This document shows, piece by piece, positions 8,883 to 17,722 of a DNA stretch of 64,000 nt. This DNA comes from Minisyncoccota bacterium (GTDB lineage Bacteria > Patescibacteriota > Minisyncoccia > Phycocordibacterales > SBAW01): NCBI GenBank assembly GCA_035546575.1, contig DASZWN010000002.1, positions 187,319 through 251,318 on the forward strand. The letters are read 5' to 3'. Made by a program: the position numbers and the translations under genes. The notes beneath the pieces are model-generated. The model searched no databases, was not told the origin of the DNA, and saw only the letters and a program-made list of their open reading frames with translations. The number at the start of each line of letters is the position of its first letter. Position 1 is the first letter of the stretch.

Positions 8883-9884
8883 TTAATTGCTGAGATACTT
8901 ATTTTTTGCTGCCAAATGCTGCTCATAGGTAGCGCTGTAGTGGAAGTTCCCACGCATATCAGAAAGATAGTATAGATAGTTGGTGCTAATCGGCGTAACT
9001 GCAGCCAAAATCGCATCGAGGCTCGGGTTGGCAATCGGCCCAGGCGGCAAGCCTGTGTTGGTATAGGTGTTGTATGGCGAGTCTTTTTGGAGATCAGCGC
9101 GAGTGAGGTCGAAAGAATTTTTGCCGATAATATAGGGGAATACGGCGTCTACCTGGAGCGGCATATTGAGCTTGATGCGCTTCCATAAGATGCCGGCAAT
9201 GACCCGACGGTCATACGTGTCGGGCGCTTCGCGCTCAAGAAGCGACGCCATGGTGATCACATCCGAAAGCGGTTTGCCGTACGCGTCGATAGAGGCTTGG
9301 ATCGAGTGGATATGCGTCGAAAAGTTGTTGGCAAACGCGCCTAAAATTGCATCGGTGTCCTGCCCGGGCATAAAAAAGTACGTGTCGGGGAATAAATACC
9401 CCTCTTTACCACGCGCCGCTTGCGTAAATGCCGCGAGATTAAAGTCCGGAATATTTTTTTGAAGGAGTGCGCCGATCTCGGCAACCGTGGCGCCCTCCGG
9501 CACGCGTATGCGCGCCGGATCCACCTCAAAATCGCCGTCGCCGAGCCGCGTGGCAACGCGCAAAATATTCCCTTTTTTAGGAAAAAAATATTCTCCTGCC
9601 ACGACCTGGCGTTTGGTGCCAAATAACCGGACCAGCGTTTCAAACATAATCGACGATCGTATAATATGCCGCTCTTTGAGCGCTGCCGCGGTCTCATGTA
9701 TGGTCTGGCCGCTCGGTACGCTCACGTATGCGCCGACAGGAAAGTCAAAAGGTGCTGAGAAAAACGCTAGGTACACAAAAAGAACGGCAACACACGCGCC
9801 AAGCGCCCAAGCATACGGGCGGCGTCGCACGCGCCTGCGCAGACTATAGAACCACCTCCACAAAAAGTTAGGGATCAGACGCAT
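8883..9884 (-). CDS. mltG: Endolytic murein transglycosylase MltG (YceG family)
   Basis: YceG-like sequence with an N-terminal TM segment and a conserved LLEREA region. Confidence 0.82.
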   Translation of the reverse strand: MRLIPNFLWRWFYSLRRRVRRRPYAWALGACVAVLFVYLAFFSAPFDFPVGAYVSVPSGQTIHETAAALKERHIIRSSIMFETLVRLFGTKRQVVAGEYFFPKKGNILRVATRLGDGDFEVDPARIRVPEGATVAEIGALLQKNIPDFNLAAFTQAARGKEGYLFPDTYFFMPGQDTDAILGAFANNFSTHIHSIQASIDAYGKPLSDVITMASLLEREAPDTYDRRVIAGILWKRIKLNMPLQVDAVFPYIIGKNSFDLTRADLQKDSPYNTYTNTGLPPGPIANPSLDAILAAVTPISTNYLYYLSDMRGNFHYSATYEQHLAAKNKYLSN

Positions 9885-9887
9885 GAG

Positions 9888-11297
9888 TTAGGAAGGCAGG
9901 TTTAAGGGCGGCGCAGCGGGACCGGTCGGCAAATTAGACGGCGCCTCGGCACGCTTGCTTGCCACGCGCTCAAGCCCTGGCGGGTTCACAAGCGAGTTCG
10001 GGAAGTGCCACAGGCTTGCGAGCTCCTCTACGTTAAAAAACTCGGGTGACTGGTCGTAGGGCACGTAAAAATATGCTCGCTCGCGGTAATAGAACATGAT
10101 CTGGTCCATGATCTTATTGCGGCGGATATTCATAAAGTCCTGCCACGGGTAGTCAAAAATGGACATGCCGCGGGTCACGTTGATGTTGTTAAAGTACTCG
10201 CCGGAGCGAAATGGATCGAACAAGCGCACCAGAGAACCGATGTTAACCAGCTGGAATCGTTCTTTTTTAACGATGTACATCGAGCGTATGCCACACTCAA
10301 ACAAAAGTTTGCTCATGGCGCGCTCGATAGCCTCCACTTTGCGCCTTTCTACTTCAGTCAAAAGCGTGAGACCGCGTGCCTGCGCTTGCGCTTGTTTTTC
10401 CGGGTCGTCACCCACGAGTTTTTTTGCCCGCTCGCCTGCGGCAGCCATCATGTCGGCTATTTCCTTTTTGCCGCCTTCTTTATAGGAGTCTTTGCTCTTA
10501 TAAAAACCGTACCACTCGTCCGCTTTGCGGGCCTTGATAATGAATTGCAGCCATACATACTCGCCCTGTCCGATAGACGACATATATTCGAGGATATTGG
10601 TGAGCGGGTCGACCTGAATCTCCGGCGTATCCGGATTTTTGTCGAGCGCATAGTCGACATAGGTCTTAATGGGTACGGCGCCAGCCTTCGACTTTTTATA
10701 TTCGGTCCCCCACCAGGTATATTCTTCCTTATTAAAATGCACTTTGGTGGTGTAGTCCTCTGCCTCGGTTACTTTTGCTTCAGGAAATTGCCCGTAGAGA
10801 CGCGCCTCAACGATGTTGCGCCAGTCTTTCGGCAAGTGTATGTAAAAGCTCACTTTGCCCTCGTTGCTTGCAATCTCAAGCGTCCAGATAACGCGGAATT
10901 GCCCCTTCCAGATGCGCTGGATAAAGCTGGTCTCCGAGCCGTTGTTCCAAAGCGCAGTTAAAAACAACTCCATTGCAAGCGGCGACTTTATAACCTCCGG
11001 AGGGAGCTGCACTTCAAGCAACACCATCTTGCGACGGAACAGATATTGGAAGCGCAGATACTCGATCCAGGTCGTCCAGAATACGGTCGCGAGAAAGAGC
11101 GGTATCCATACCGGCGACATGGCAACCGTTGCGGTGCCTACTGCTTTGATAGCCATCGGGTCGAGATACGCCGCAGTACATATCAAGATCATCAAACCGA
11201 TGAACGAGATGAGGAGCGTTTCCACGCGGTAGCCGCTCGGAGTCCAATTTTCGCTCTCGTCTGTGGCGTACACGTGCGCAAAATCATGCAAGAACAT
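9888..11297 (-). CDS. Large hypothetical membrane protein (2 N-terminal TM segments plus about a 380-aa soluble domain)
   Basis: 469-aa ORF with good coding appearance. No recognisable catalytic motifs. Confidence 0.55.
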   Translation of the reverse strand: MFLHDFAHVYATDESENWTPSGYRVETLLISFIGLMILICTAAYLDPMAIKAVGTATVAMSPVWIPLFLATVFWTTWIEYLRFQYLFRRKMVLLEVQLPPEVIKSPLAMELFLTALWNNGSETSFIQRIWKGQFRVIWTLEIASNEGKVSFYIHLPKDWRNIVEARLYGQFPEAKVTEAEDYTTKVHFNKEEYTWWGTEYKKSKAGAVPIKTYVDYALDKNPDTPEIQVDPLTNILEYMSSIGQGEYVWLQFIIKARKADEWYGFYKSKDSYKEGGKKEIADMMAAAGERAKKLVGDDPEKQAQAQARGLTLLTEVERRKVEAIERAMSKLLFECGIRSMYIVKKERFQLVNIGSLVRLFDPFRSGEYFNNINVTRGMSIFDYPWQDFMNIRRNKIMDQIMFYYRERAYFYVPYDQSPEFFNVEELASLWHFPNSLVNPPGLERVASKRAEAPSNLPTGPAAPPLNLPS

Positions 11298-11318
11298 ACG
11301 TGGTATTATACAGCATGT

Positions 11319-11678
11319 ATGACCGAGCTATTAAACATCATAGCCACGCACCCCGTACAAGATGTTGAAGTGCTGCTGAGTTTTCTTGGAGGATTTTCGG
11401 TTATTATTTTTCTGCGCGGATTTTTAAGCGGATTGCCGCAGCTTATACTCATCAATATGGACGCTGAGCACCTCGCGCACGCGCGCACGCGCGCTATGTG
11501 GGGCATGATGCTTTTGTGGGCATTGTTTGGGATCTGGGAATTATTCCGCTACACCCTTGCACTGCTTTTCGGAGAAACGCTGCCCCACTCACAAGGCGTG
11601 CTGGCGGTAATTATATTTGTCTTTATCGTATTTTTTGCACTACCGTACTACTTGATGCCTAAAGGCGGCGGACACTAA
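11319..11678 (+). CDS. Small hypothetical membrane protein (about 120 aa), divergent from the 9888-11297 gene
   Basis: Start chosen at MTELLNIIATHP. Three predicted TM segments. A terminator follows. Confidence 0.4.
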   Translation: MTELLNIIATHPVQDVEVLLSFLGGFSVIIFLRGFLSGLPQLILINMDAEHLAHARTRAMWGMMLLWALFGIWELFRYTLALLFGETLPHSQGVLAVIIFVFIVFFALPYYLMPKGGGH

Positions 11679-11690
11679 GCGGCGTGCAAC

Positions 11691-11719
11691 AAAAAAACAC
11701 CCAGCCGGGTGTTTTTTTG
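11691..11719. terminator. Bidirectional intrinsic terminator (A7-ACACCCAGCCGGGTGT-T7)
   Basis: Stem ACACCC/GGGTGT flanked by A and T runs, lying between convergent genes. Confidence 0.7.
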
Positions 11720-11723
11720 AATC

Positions 11724-12767
11724 TTATTTAACGAGGATAAATTTTGCGTCTTTGCCCCGCTTAAAGTATTTCTGGTTTTGGAGGTTGACCGCAACGGTGC
11801 CCGGCTTTACGTGGCGCTCTTTAAGCACCTTTTCGATTATCTGGTCTTTGGTCATCGGACCGCCCTCGCGCAATATATTGCGGATAACATCGCGGACAAC
11901 ACCCGACGCATAGCCCCACTCTTTGAGCGCGTACATGCCGCGTCCAACAAGCACAAAGCGGTCGTCCTTAATAAGCTCGTTGTGCGTCGTTGCAACATGC
12001 GCTGCGCGGTTGAACATCTTTTCAATAAGCTGCGCTACCTCGCGGAAGTGCAGAGGCGAGCCGTGCTTTTTAACAGCCAAGTAGGCGTAGTCGCGCACGC
12101 CCTTTGTCTTAACGTTTGGCGATGCAGAGTGGCCCCACTCGCCAAGTGGGTTTTTGCCGATGCGCTTGCTGATAGAGAGCCAGCGGCGCAGCACCTCGGT
12201 ATTGCGATGCTTGTCGTTGATGTCCTGGAGCTCTTTAAGAAAGCGGTCGATCATTTCGCCCTCGGGGATCAGGTCCTCGTCGGAGAGACCTTCGTAGAGG
12301 CGCTTGAGCGCAGTCTCAACCTTGTCGGCCAAACCCGGGTCAACGTACCAGCAACGCTCTACCTCGTCGTCCTCTTTGCGGTATTTAAACGGGTCGCCGA
12401 GCACGAGCAGGAAGTAGATATGGTTCTGCATGCTTGCGTCTTTGGTGATGAAGTCAAGCAAGTCTTGCTCGCAGACAATGCCGCCAAGGCTGTCTACGAT
12501 GCGCTCAAGCTCGTGGAATGCTGCCTGTGCTTCGCTAAACGAAGGAGATTTCTTGAGCGCTGCGAGAGCGTGGTTCTCGATCTGGCGTACGCGCTCGCGG
12601 GTGATGCCCCAGCGCTTGCCGATAGCCTCAAGCGTAACCTTTTCAGTGTTTGTGCCAAGGCCAAAACGAGCTTCAAGCACCACGCGAGAGCGCTCCGGGA
12701 GAGATGTGAGGAGTTTCTTTACGATTGCCTTTGGCTTAAAGCCTGTCTTGTCCGCTGTTTGTGGCAT
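11724..12767 (-). CDS. Sigma-70 region-4 HTH domain protein with C-terminal HARE-HTH-like domain
   Basis: N-terminal LPERSRVVLEARFGL...TLEAIGKRWGITRERVRQIENHAL is a sigma-70 region-4 signature. The C-terminal ...DDRFVLVGRGMYALKEW resembles HARE-HTH. Co-directional with, and immediately downstream of, leuS. Confidence 0.6.
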   Translation of the reverse strand: MPQTADKTGFKPKAIVKKLLTSLPERSRVVLEARFGLGTNTEKVTLEAIGKRWGITRERVRQIENHALAALKKSPSFSEAQAAFHELERIVDSLGGIVCEQDLLDFITKDASMQNHIYFLLVLGDPFKYRKEDDEVERCWYVDPGLADKVETALKRLYEGLSDEDLIPEGEMIDRFLKELQDINDKHRNTEVLRRWLSISKRIGKNPLGEWGHSASPNVKTKGVRDYAYLAVKKHGSPLHFREVAQLIEKMFNRAAHVATTHNELIKDDRFVLVGRGMYALKEWGYASGVVRDVIRNILREGGPMTKDQIIEKVLKERHVKPGTVAVNLQNQKYFKRGKDAKFILVK

Positions 12768-12826
12768 AATTTGTATGTTCTAATATATCACACACTAATC
12801 TGTTGGTCAAACCTTGCCAAGATAGG

Positions 12827-15247
12827 CTAAACGGGGTCTGTGGATACCGCAAAACTGATGATCCTGCCCGCAACATACACCGCCTTTTCCTCTTTGCCAA
12901 GGGCCAGCCACCGAGCTACCGCAGGGTCCTTACGGGCAGCCGCCAAAGCTTCCTCTTGTGTGGCCGCGGGTGGAAGCTCGATTGTCGCTCTAAGCTTTCC
13001 GTTTACTTGGATTGCGATAGGGGTGTTAAAGACAGGAAGATCCGATGTGTTGGGTTGGGGCCAAGCATCTAGCGAATAGCCCATTCTTTCCGCTATCTCA
13101 CTCGTGATATGCGGCGCAAGTGGAGACAACAAACGCAGGAGATCTTCGTACTGGGCTCGATTGATTTCTTTTCTTTTTGCTTCACCTACAAAAATCATCA
13201 GGGCTGAAATTGCTGTATTAAATTTCAAGTGTTCTAAATCACTTGAAACTTTTTCGACCGTTTTACGATGAACCATATCCATAGCTCCCGCAATTCCGTC
13301 GGTTACTTTTTCTTGCAGATCCCATACGTGCTCCAAAAACCGGCGGGCTCCCAAGATATTCTGGGTGTTCCACGGCTTCATGGCCTCAAGCGGACCCATA
13401 AACATCTCGTAGACTCGCAGCGTATCCGCGCCATACGTAGCCACTACGTCGTCGGGGTTAATGACATTCCCCTTACTTTTGCTCATTTTGTTGCCGTCCT
13501 CGGCCAAGATAATCCCCTGATGGCGGAGCTTTTTGAATGGCTCGCCAAAAGTAATATAACCCTCTTGCTGTAGCACTTTGGTGATAAAGCGTGAGTACAG
13601 GAGATGCAGTACCGTATGCTCGGCACCGCCAACGTAGAGGTCGACCGGGAGCCACTTTTGCATCGCCTCTTTAGAGGCAAACTCCTTGCTGTTGCGCGGG
13701 TCGGCAAAACGGAAGTAGTACCACGAGGAGCAGACGAAGGTATCCATCGTATCGATCTCTGGCTTCCAACCTATGCCAAAGATTTTTTCTGTTCGCTCAA
13801 GCAGCTCTTTGCTCTGGCCAAGCGGCGAGGTGCCGGTTGGCTTAAACTCCACATCAGTCGGGAGCAGCCACGGCAGATGCTCCTCCGGTACTGCGTGCGG
13901 TTTTCCTTCCGGATCGTACACCACCGGAATAGGCGCGCCCCAGTAGCGCTGGCGGGAGATCAGCCAGTCGCGCAAGCGATAAGTCTTTACCATTTTTCCC
14001 CCAACAGCTTCGGTGATTTTTTTCTTTGCCTCGGCGCTTTGTAGACCAGTAAAATCTCCAGAATTTATTAGTATATTCTCTCCTACAAATATATCTTCCG
14101 TAGAACCGGATTTTAATTTGGCTGTTTCCATAATCCTAGGATTTCCGGGTTCGACGACTTTTCGAATAGGCAACCCGAATACATCAGCAAATTCTCTATC
14201 GCGCCTATCGTGGGCCGGAACGGCCATGATTGCTCCGGTGCCGTAGTTGCCAAGCACATAATCCGCTACAAATACCGGGATCTCTTCTTGGTTTGCGGGG
14301 TTGATAGCTTTAATACCTTTAAGCTCGACACCGGTCTTCTCCTTCCCTTCCTCCTGGCGCTCGATATCGGTCTTGTTCTTCACCACTTCCATATATGGAA
14401 GTACCTCGGATTCCCAATTTTCAATATGATTCTTTAACTTTTGCAGCAAGGGATGCTCCGGAGCAAGCACGAGGTATGTCGCGCCGAATATCGTATCAGC
14501 ACGTGTTGTAAAGACAGTAATCGATTCGGAAGAGTTTGATATATCAAACTTAATCTCGGCACCCTCGCTGCGGCCTATCCAGTTGCGCTGCGCTATTTTG
14601 GTCGACTCGGGCCAATCAACTTGGTCGAGGTCGTCTACCAGCGCGTCGGCGTATTTAGTGATCTTAAAGAACCACTGCTCCAAGTCTTTTTGCACCACCT
14701 CGGTGCCGCAGCGCTCGCAGCACCCATTCACTACCTGCTCATTGGCGAGCACGGTCTGGTCCTTGGGGCACCAGTTAACCTTGGCGCGGCGCTTTTCTGC
14801 CAAGCCTTTGTTGTAAAGAAAGAGGAAGAACCACTGCGTCCATTTGTAGTACTCGGGCGTATGCGTGCCTATCTCGCGCGACCAATCGTACGAGAGACCG
14901 AGCGAGTTAATCTGCCTGGTGAATGTTTTGATCGCCTCGTCGGTGGTTTTGACCGGCGGTACGCCTGTTTTAATGGCGTAGTTTTCGGCAGGTAGGCCAA
15001 ACGCGTCCCAACCCATCGGGTGGAGCACGTTGTAGCCCTGCATGCGCTTAAAACGGCTGTAGATGTCAGTTGCAGTGTAACCTTCCACATGCCCAACATG
15101 TAGCCCTGCGCCGGAGGGATACGGGAACATGTCTAATATATAGAGCTTTTGTTTATCGGAAGAGTCCGATGCGGCAAAAGCATTCTCGTCGGCCCACTTC
15201 TTCTGCCACTTTTTTTCGATAGCTTTGTGGTCGTACTTGAGAGCCAT
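12827..15247 (-). CDS. leuS: Leucine--tRNA ligase
   Basis: HVGH (FPYPSGAGLHVGHVEGY) and KMSKSKGN class-I motifs. 806 aa. Confidence 0.95.
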   Translation of the reverse strand: MALKYDHKAIEKKWQKKWADENAFAASDSSDKQKLYILDMFPYPSGAGLHVGHVEGYTATDIYSRFKRMQGYNVLHPMGWDAFGLPAENYAIKTGVPPVKTTDEAIKTFTRQINSLGLSYDWSREIGTHTPEYYKWTQWFFLFLYNKGLAEKRRAKVNWCPKDQTVLANEQVVNGCCERCGTEVVQKDLEQWFFKITKYADALVDDLDQVDWPESTKIAQRNWIGRSEGAEIKFDISNSSESITVFTTRADTIFGATYLVLAPEHPLLQKLKNHIENWESEVLPYMEVVKNKTDIERQEEGKEKTGVELKGIKAINPANQEEIPVFVADYVLGNYGTGAIMAVPAHDRRDREFADVFGLPIRKVVEPGNPRIMETAKLKSGSTEDIFVGENILINSGDFTGLQSAEAKKKITEAVGGKMVKTYRLRDWLISRQRYWGAPIPVVYDPEGKPHAVPEEHLPWLLPTDVEFKPTGTSPLGQSKELLERTEKIFGIGWKPEIDTMDTFVCSSWYYFRFADPRNSKEFASKEAMQKWLPVDLYVGGAEHTVLHLLYSRFITKVLQQEGYITFGEPFKKLRHQGIILAEDGNKMSKSKGNVINPDDVVATYGADTLRVYEMFMGPLEAMKPWNTQNILGARRFLEHVWDLQEKVTDGIAGAMDMVHRKTVEKVSSDLEHLKFNTAISALMIFVGEAKRKEINRAQYEDLLRLLSPLAPHITSEIAERMGYSLDAWPQPNTSDLPVFNTPIAIQVNGKLRATIELPPAATQEEALAAARKDPAVARWLALGKEEKAVYVAGRIISFAVSTDPV

Positions 15248-15284
15248 GTGCTATACAAAGTACCACACAATTTCTAAAAAGGAA

Positions 15285-16235
15285 TTATTTATTGAGCGGA
15301 GGGAAGAAGTCTGGGTCTATAGTGCGTACAAAACACACGTGGCCCGCGTCATGCTGCCAGCCGTTGTCTCCTGTTACTCCATAGGCCTTTGGGGCAGACG
15401 TTGGCCGCTGCGAGATGCCCGTTGGCACGGTGTCGTCAGTATCGGCGAGCGTAAAGGTTGCGCACAACTCAAACCCGAGATCGGCTGTCTTTTTATATTC
15501 GTACTCAGCGCCTGTAGCAGGATCAACTGGCACCGTGTAGTAGAGCGTCGGGTCCATGAGCTGCGCAAGGCTGGTCGGGAGTGCCTGCTTTTGCTGATAG
15601 AACGAGAGTATTTGCGACTGGAGGCTCTGCAAATCTTGCACGCGCCTATCATCGAGCCGTGCTTGGCGTGCGTGCCAAGGCGTACCGATAATCAGGAAGC
15701 CTGATGCAATGGTTATAAGGATAAGCGCACCCACGCCCCACCCCACCGAGCGGGCGCGCTGCGGATACTCAATCCAATAACCCCAAATATCCGCGAGAAA
15801 ATGCATAAAGCCACCGCTTGCCACAAGCAGCACTACTGCGACTTTAAGAAGAAAGCGGATCGTGATGTCCTCGCCGGAAAGGAAGTAGTAGATGAGCGTA
15901 ACAAGGTCGCCCACAATAGTGAGGCCCGCAATAAACACGGTCAGATAGAGCGCCCAACGGCGCACCCAGACGTCGCGGCGCGTAGAGTCTTTGGCAATCT
16001 CCCGGCGGATTGCACGCATAAGGAGGAGGAATACAGGAAAGAGCACGATCAATGTCGCAATCTCAAAAGAGACCGAGCCTTGGTACGGATCGTAGTAGTA
16101 CGAGAGAGAATCTGGGAAAACATAATTGATGTAATCAAACAAGAGCCGAATGAGCGCGATAGCGCTGCCGTAGAGCATAATCATTGCTCCCGCCCACAAA
16201 AAGAAATCTCGAGGTGTTGCCTTTGGGTGTTCCAT
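15285..16235 (-). CDS. DUF5671-like multi-pass membrane protein
   Basis: N-terminal 5-6 TM domain typical of DUF5671 proteins common in Patescibacteria, plus a C-terminal soluble domain. Confidence 0.55.
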   Translation of the reverse strand: MEHPKATPRDFFLWAGAMIMLYGSAIALIRLLFDYINYVFPDSLSYYYDPYQGSVSFEIATLIVLFPVFLLLMRAIRREIAKDSTRRDVWVRRWALYLTVFIAGLTIVGDLVTLIYYFLSGEDITIRFLLKVAVVLLVASGGFMHFLADIWGYWIEYPQRARSVGWGVGALILITIASGFLIIGTPWHARQARLDDRRVQDLQSLQSQILSFYQQKQALPTSLAQLMDPTLYYTVPVDPATGAEYEYKKTADLGFELCATFTLADTDDTVPTGISQRPTSAPKAYGVTGDNGWQHDAGHVCFVRTIDPDFFPPLNK

Positions 16236-16312
16236 ATATTATAGAAAACGAATAATTCTACAGCTACCTAATAATCATACATTATAAGGCTATATGACTG
16301 TCTGGGGATAAC

Positions 16313-16341
16313 TTGACATACAGCCGTTTTGGGTGTATAAT
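16313..16341 (+). promoter_or_regulatory. Perfect consensus sigma-70 promoter TTGACA-N17-TATAAT
   Basis: TTGACA at 16313-16318, a 17-nt spacer and TATAAT at 16336-16341. It shares the TTTGGGTGTATAAT module with the promoter at 24138. Confidence 0.55.
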
Positions 16342-16382
16342 AGCCATCAAGTTCGTTTGTTCTTCAATAAAGGAGGTGGCCC

Positions 16383-16607
16383 ATGTCGGCCATTGATCAC
16401 AGATACAACTTGCCGGTTATCAAGCCAGCGAGTAAGTTCGAGAAGCGGATGCGGATCGGACTTGCAGTTTGCCTTACGGCCGCTGCAATTCTGATCGTCG
16501 CAGACAAGATCGGCGAACGTCTCCAGAACGAAGCTGCGGACTCTGTCGGCGCCTCGATTTCAAGCGGGATCAACATCGTCGGCAGCATTATGGGAAATCT
16601 TCCCTGA
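16383..16607 (+). CDS. Small membrane protein (74 aa), hypothetical
   Basis: Strong RBS AAGGAGGTG placed 6 nt from the ATG, one TM segment, a consensus promoter upstream and a terminator downstream. Confidence 0.55.
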   Translation: MSAIDHRYNLPVIKPASKFEKRMRIGLAVCLTAAAILIVADKIGERLQNEAADSVGASISSGINIVGSIMGNLP

Positions 16608-16625
16608 TACCCAAACAGGTTCGAC

Positions 16626-16668
16626 CGCCGCCCCCACCTACCTCAGGTGCGGGCGGCGTTCTGTTTTT
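16626..16668. terminator. Bidirectional intrinsic terminator (CGCCGCCC...GGGCGGCG stem with an inner CACCT/AGGTG stem, followed by TTCTGTTTTT)
   Basis: Seen in the sequence between the convergent small gene and ychF. Confidence 0.6.
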
Positions 16669-17611
16669 ATCCGTGCAAAAACTCCATCACTTCGCCGTCT
16701 TTGACGATATATTCTTTGCCCTCGGTGCGGATCCAGCCCAAGTCGCGCGCTTTGCTCCAACTCCCCGCCTCAAGCAGCTTATCCCAGGCAATAACCTCGG
16801 CGCGGATAAACTTTGTCTCAAAATCGGTGTGGATTGCAGCACCGGCTTTAGGCGCGGCTGAGCCTTTTGTGATCGTCCATGCACGCGTCTCGTCTTTGCC
16901 GGTCGTAAAAAAGCTGATAAGCCCGAGCAACTCGTAGCCGCCTCTAATCAGCGCGTTAACACCGTCCTCAAACATGCCGTACTCCTGGCGGAACTGCTGC
17001 TTGTCATCAGCATGGAGCTCGCGCAGATCGTTCTCGACATGTGCGTCTACCACCACCCAGGTAGCATTGGTATTTTTAAAGAATTCCATCAGCCTGTCCC
17101 ATCGCTCGTCCTTCATCTCATCGAGGTTGTGGCCGCCGGACTCCTTGTTCAACACGTAGAGCACCGGCTTTTGGCTGATCAGATTCTCTTTTTTATCCAA
17201 ATCGGCCAACTGGAGTTCGGTATTGATAAGTTCGATGTCGTGCACCGGGTCGATAGTGTCCTCCACCTGCGCAATGTTTTCGTTGTCAAAGATACGCACC
17301 ACATGCGCGATGGCGTCTACCTCGCGGATATGCTGCAAAAATTGGTTGCCGAGCCCTTCGCCCTCACTCGCACCCTTAACCAGACCTGCAATGTCGACAA
17401 ACTCCACTGCTGCCGGGATATCTTTTGCCGACTGCGAGAACTTGGCGAGCTTTTCGCGACGCTCGTCTGGGACCGCAACTACACCAACCGACGGGTCAAT
17501 GGTCGCAAACGGATAGTTGGCAATAAGCACGCTCTTTTTAGTGAGCGCCTGAAAAAGAGTCGACTTACCCACGTTGGGGAGGCCAACAATACCTATAGAA
17601 AGTTTCGCCAT
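16667..17611 (-). CDS. ychF: Ribosome-binding ATPase YchF (Obg-family GTPase)
   Basis: G1 motif GIVGLPNVGKST, G4 NKES-like region and the TGS-domain C-terminus. Confidence 0.9.
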   Translation of the reverse strand: MAKLSIGIVGLPNVGKSTLFQALTKKSVLIANYPFATIDPSVGVVAVPDERREKLAKFSQSAKDIPAAVEFVDIAGLVKGASEGEGLGNQFLQHIREVDAIAHVVRIFDNENIAQVEDTIDPVHDIELINTELQLADLDKKENLISQKPVLYVLNKESGGHNLDEMKDERWDRLMEFFKNTNATWVVVDAHVENDLRELHADDKQQFRQEYGMFEDGVNALIRGGYELLGLISFFTTGKDETRAWTITKGSAAPKAGAAIHTDFETKFIRAEVIAWDKLLEAGSWSKARDLGWIRTEGKEYIVKDGEVMEFLHG

Positions 17612-17685
17612 GAGCCTGGATTATGCCATGGATTTACAACATTGTCTCTCAGCCATTAGATAAAATATCTCATGCCATGAGGTAA

Positions 17686-17714
17686 TTGACTACTCGAGGC
17701 CAAACTGATAGTAT
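17686..17714 (+). promoter_or_regulatory. Candidate promoter TTGACT-N17-TAGTAT for the RND operon, with an upstream 13-bp palindrome CTCATGCCATGAG (17669-17681)
   Basis: Hexamers and spacing read from the sequence. The ATG is 9 nt downstream of the -10, suggesting a near-leaderless transcript. Confidence 0.35.
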
Positions 17715-17722
17715 AGCTGCAC

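Noticed and set aside
11778-12830. 350-aa plus-strand ORF
   Set aside because: Completely anti-sense to the sigma-70 r4/HARE-HTH gene. Arg/Ala/Leu-rich shadow frame.
17012-17659. 215-aa plus-strand ORF
   Set aside because: Anti-sense to ychF, which has clear GTPase motifs.
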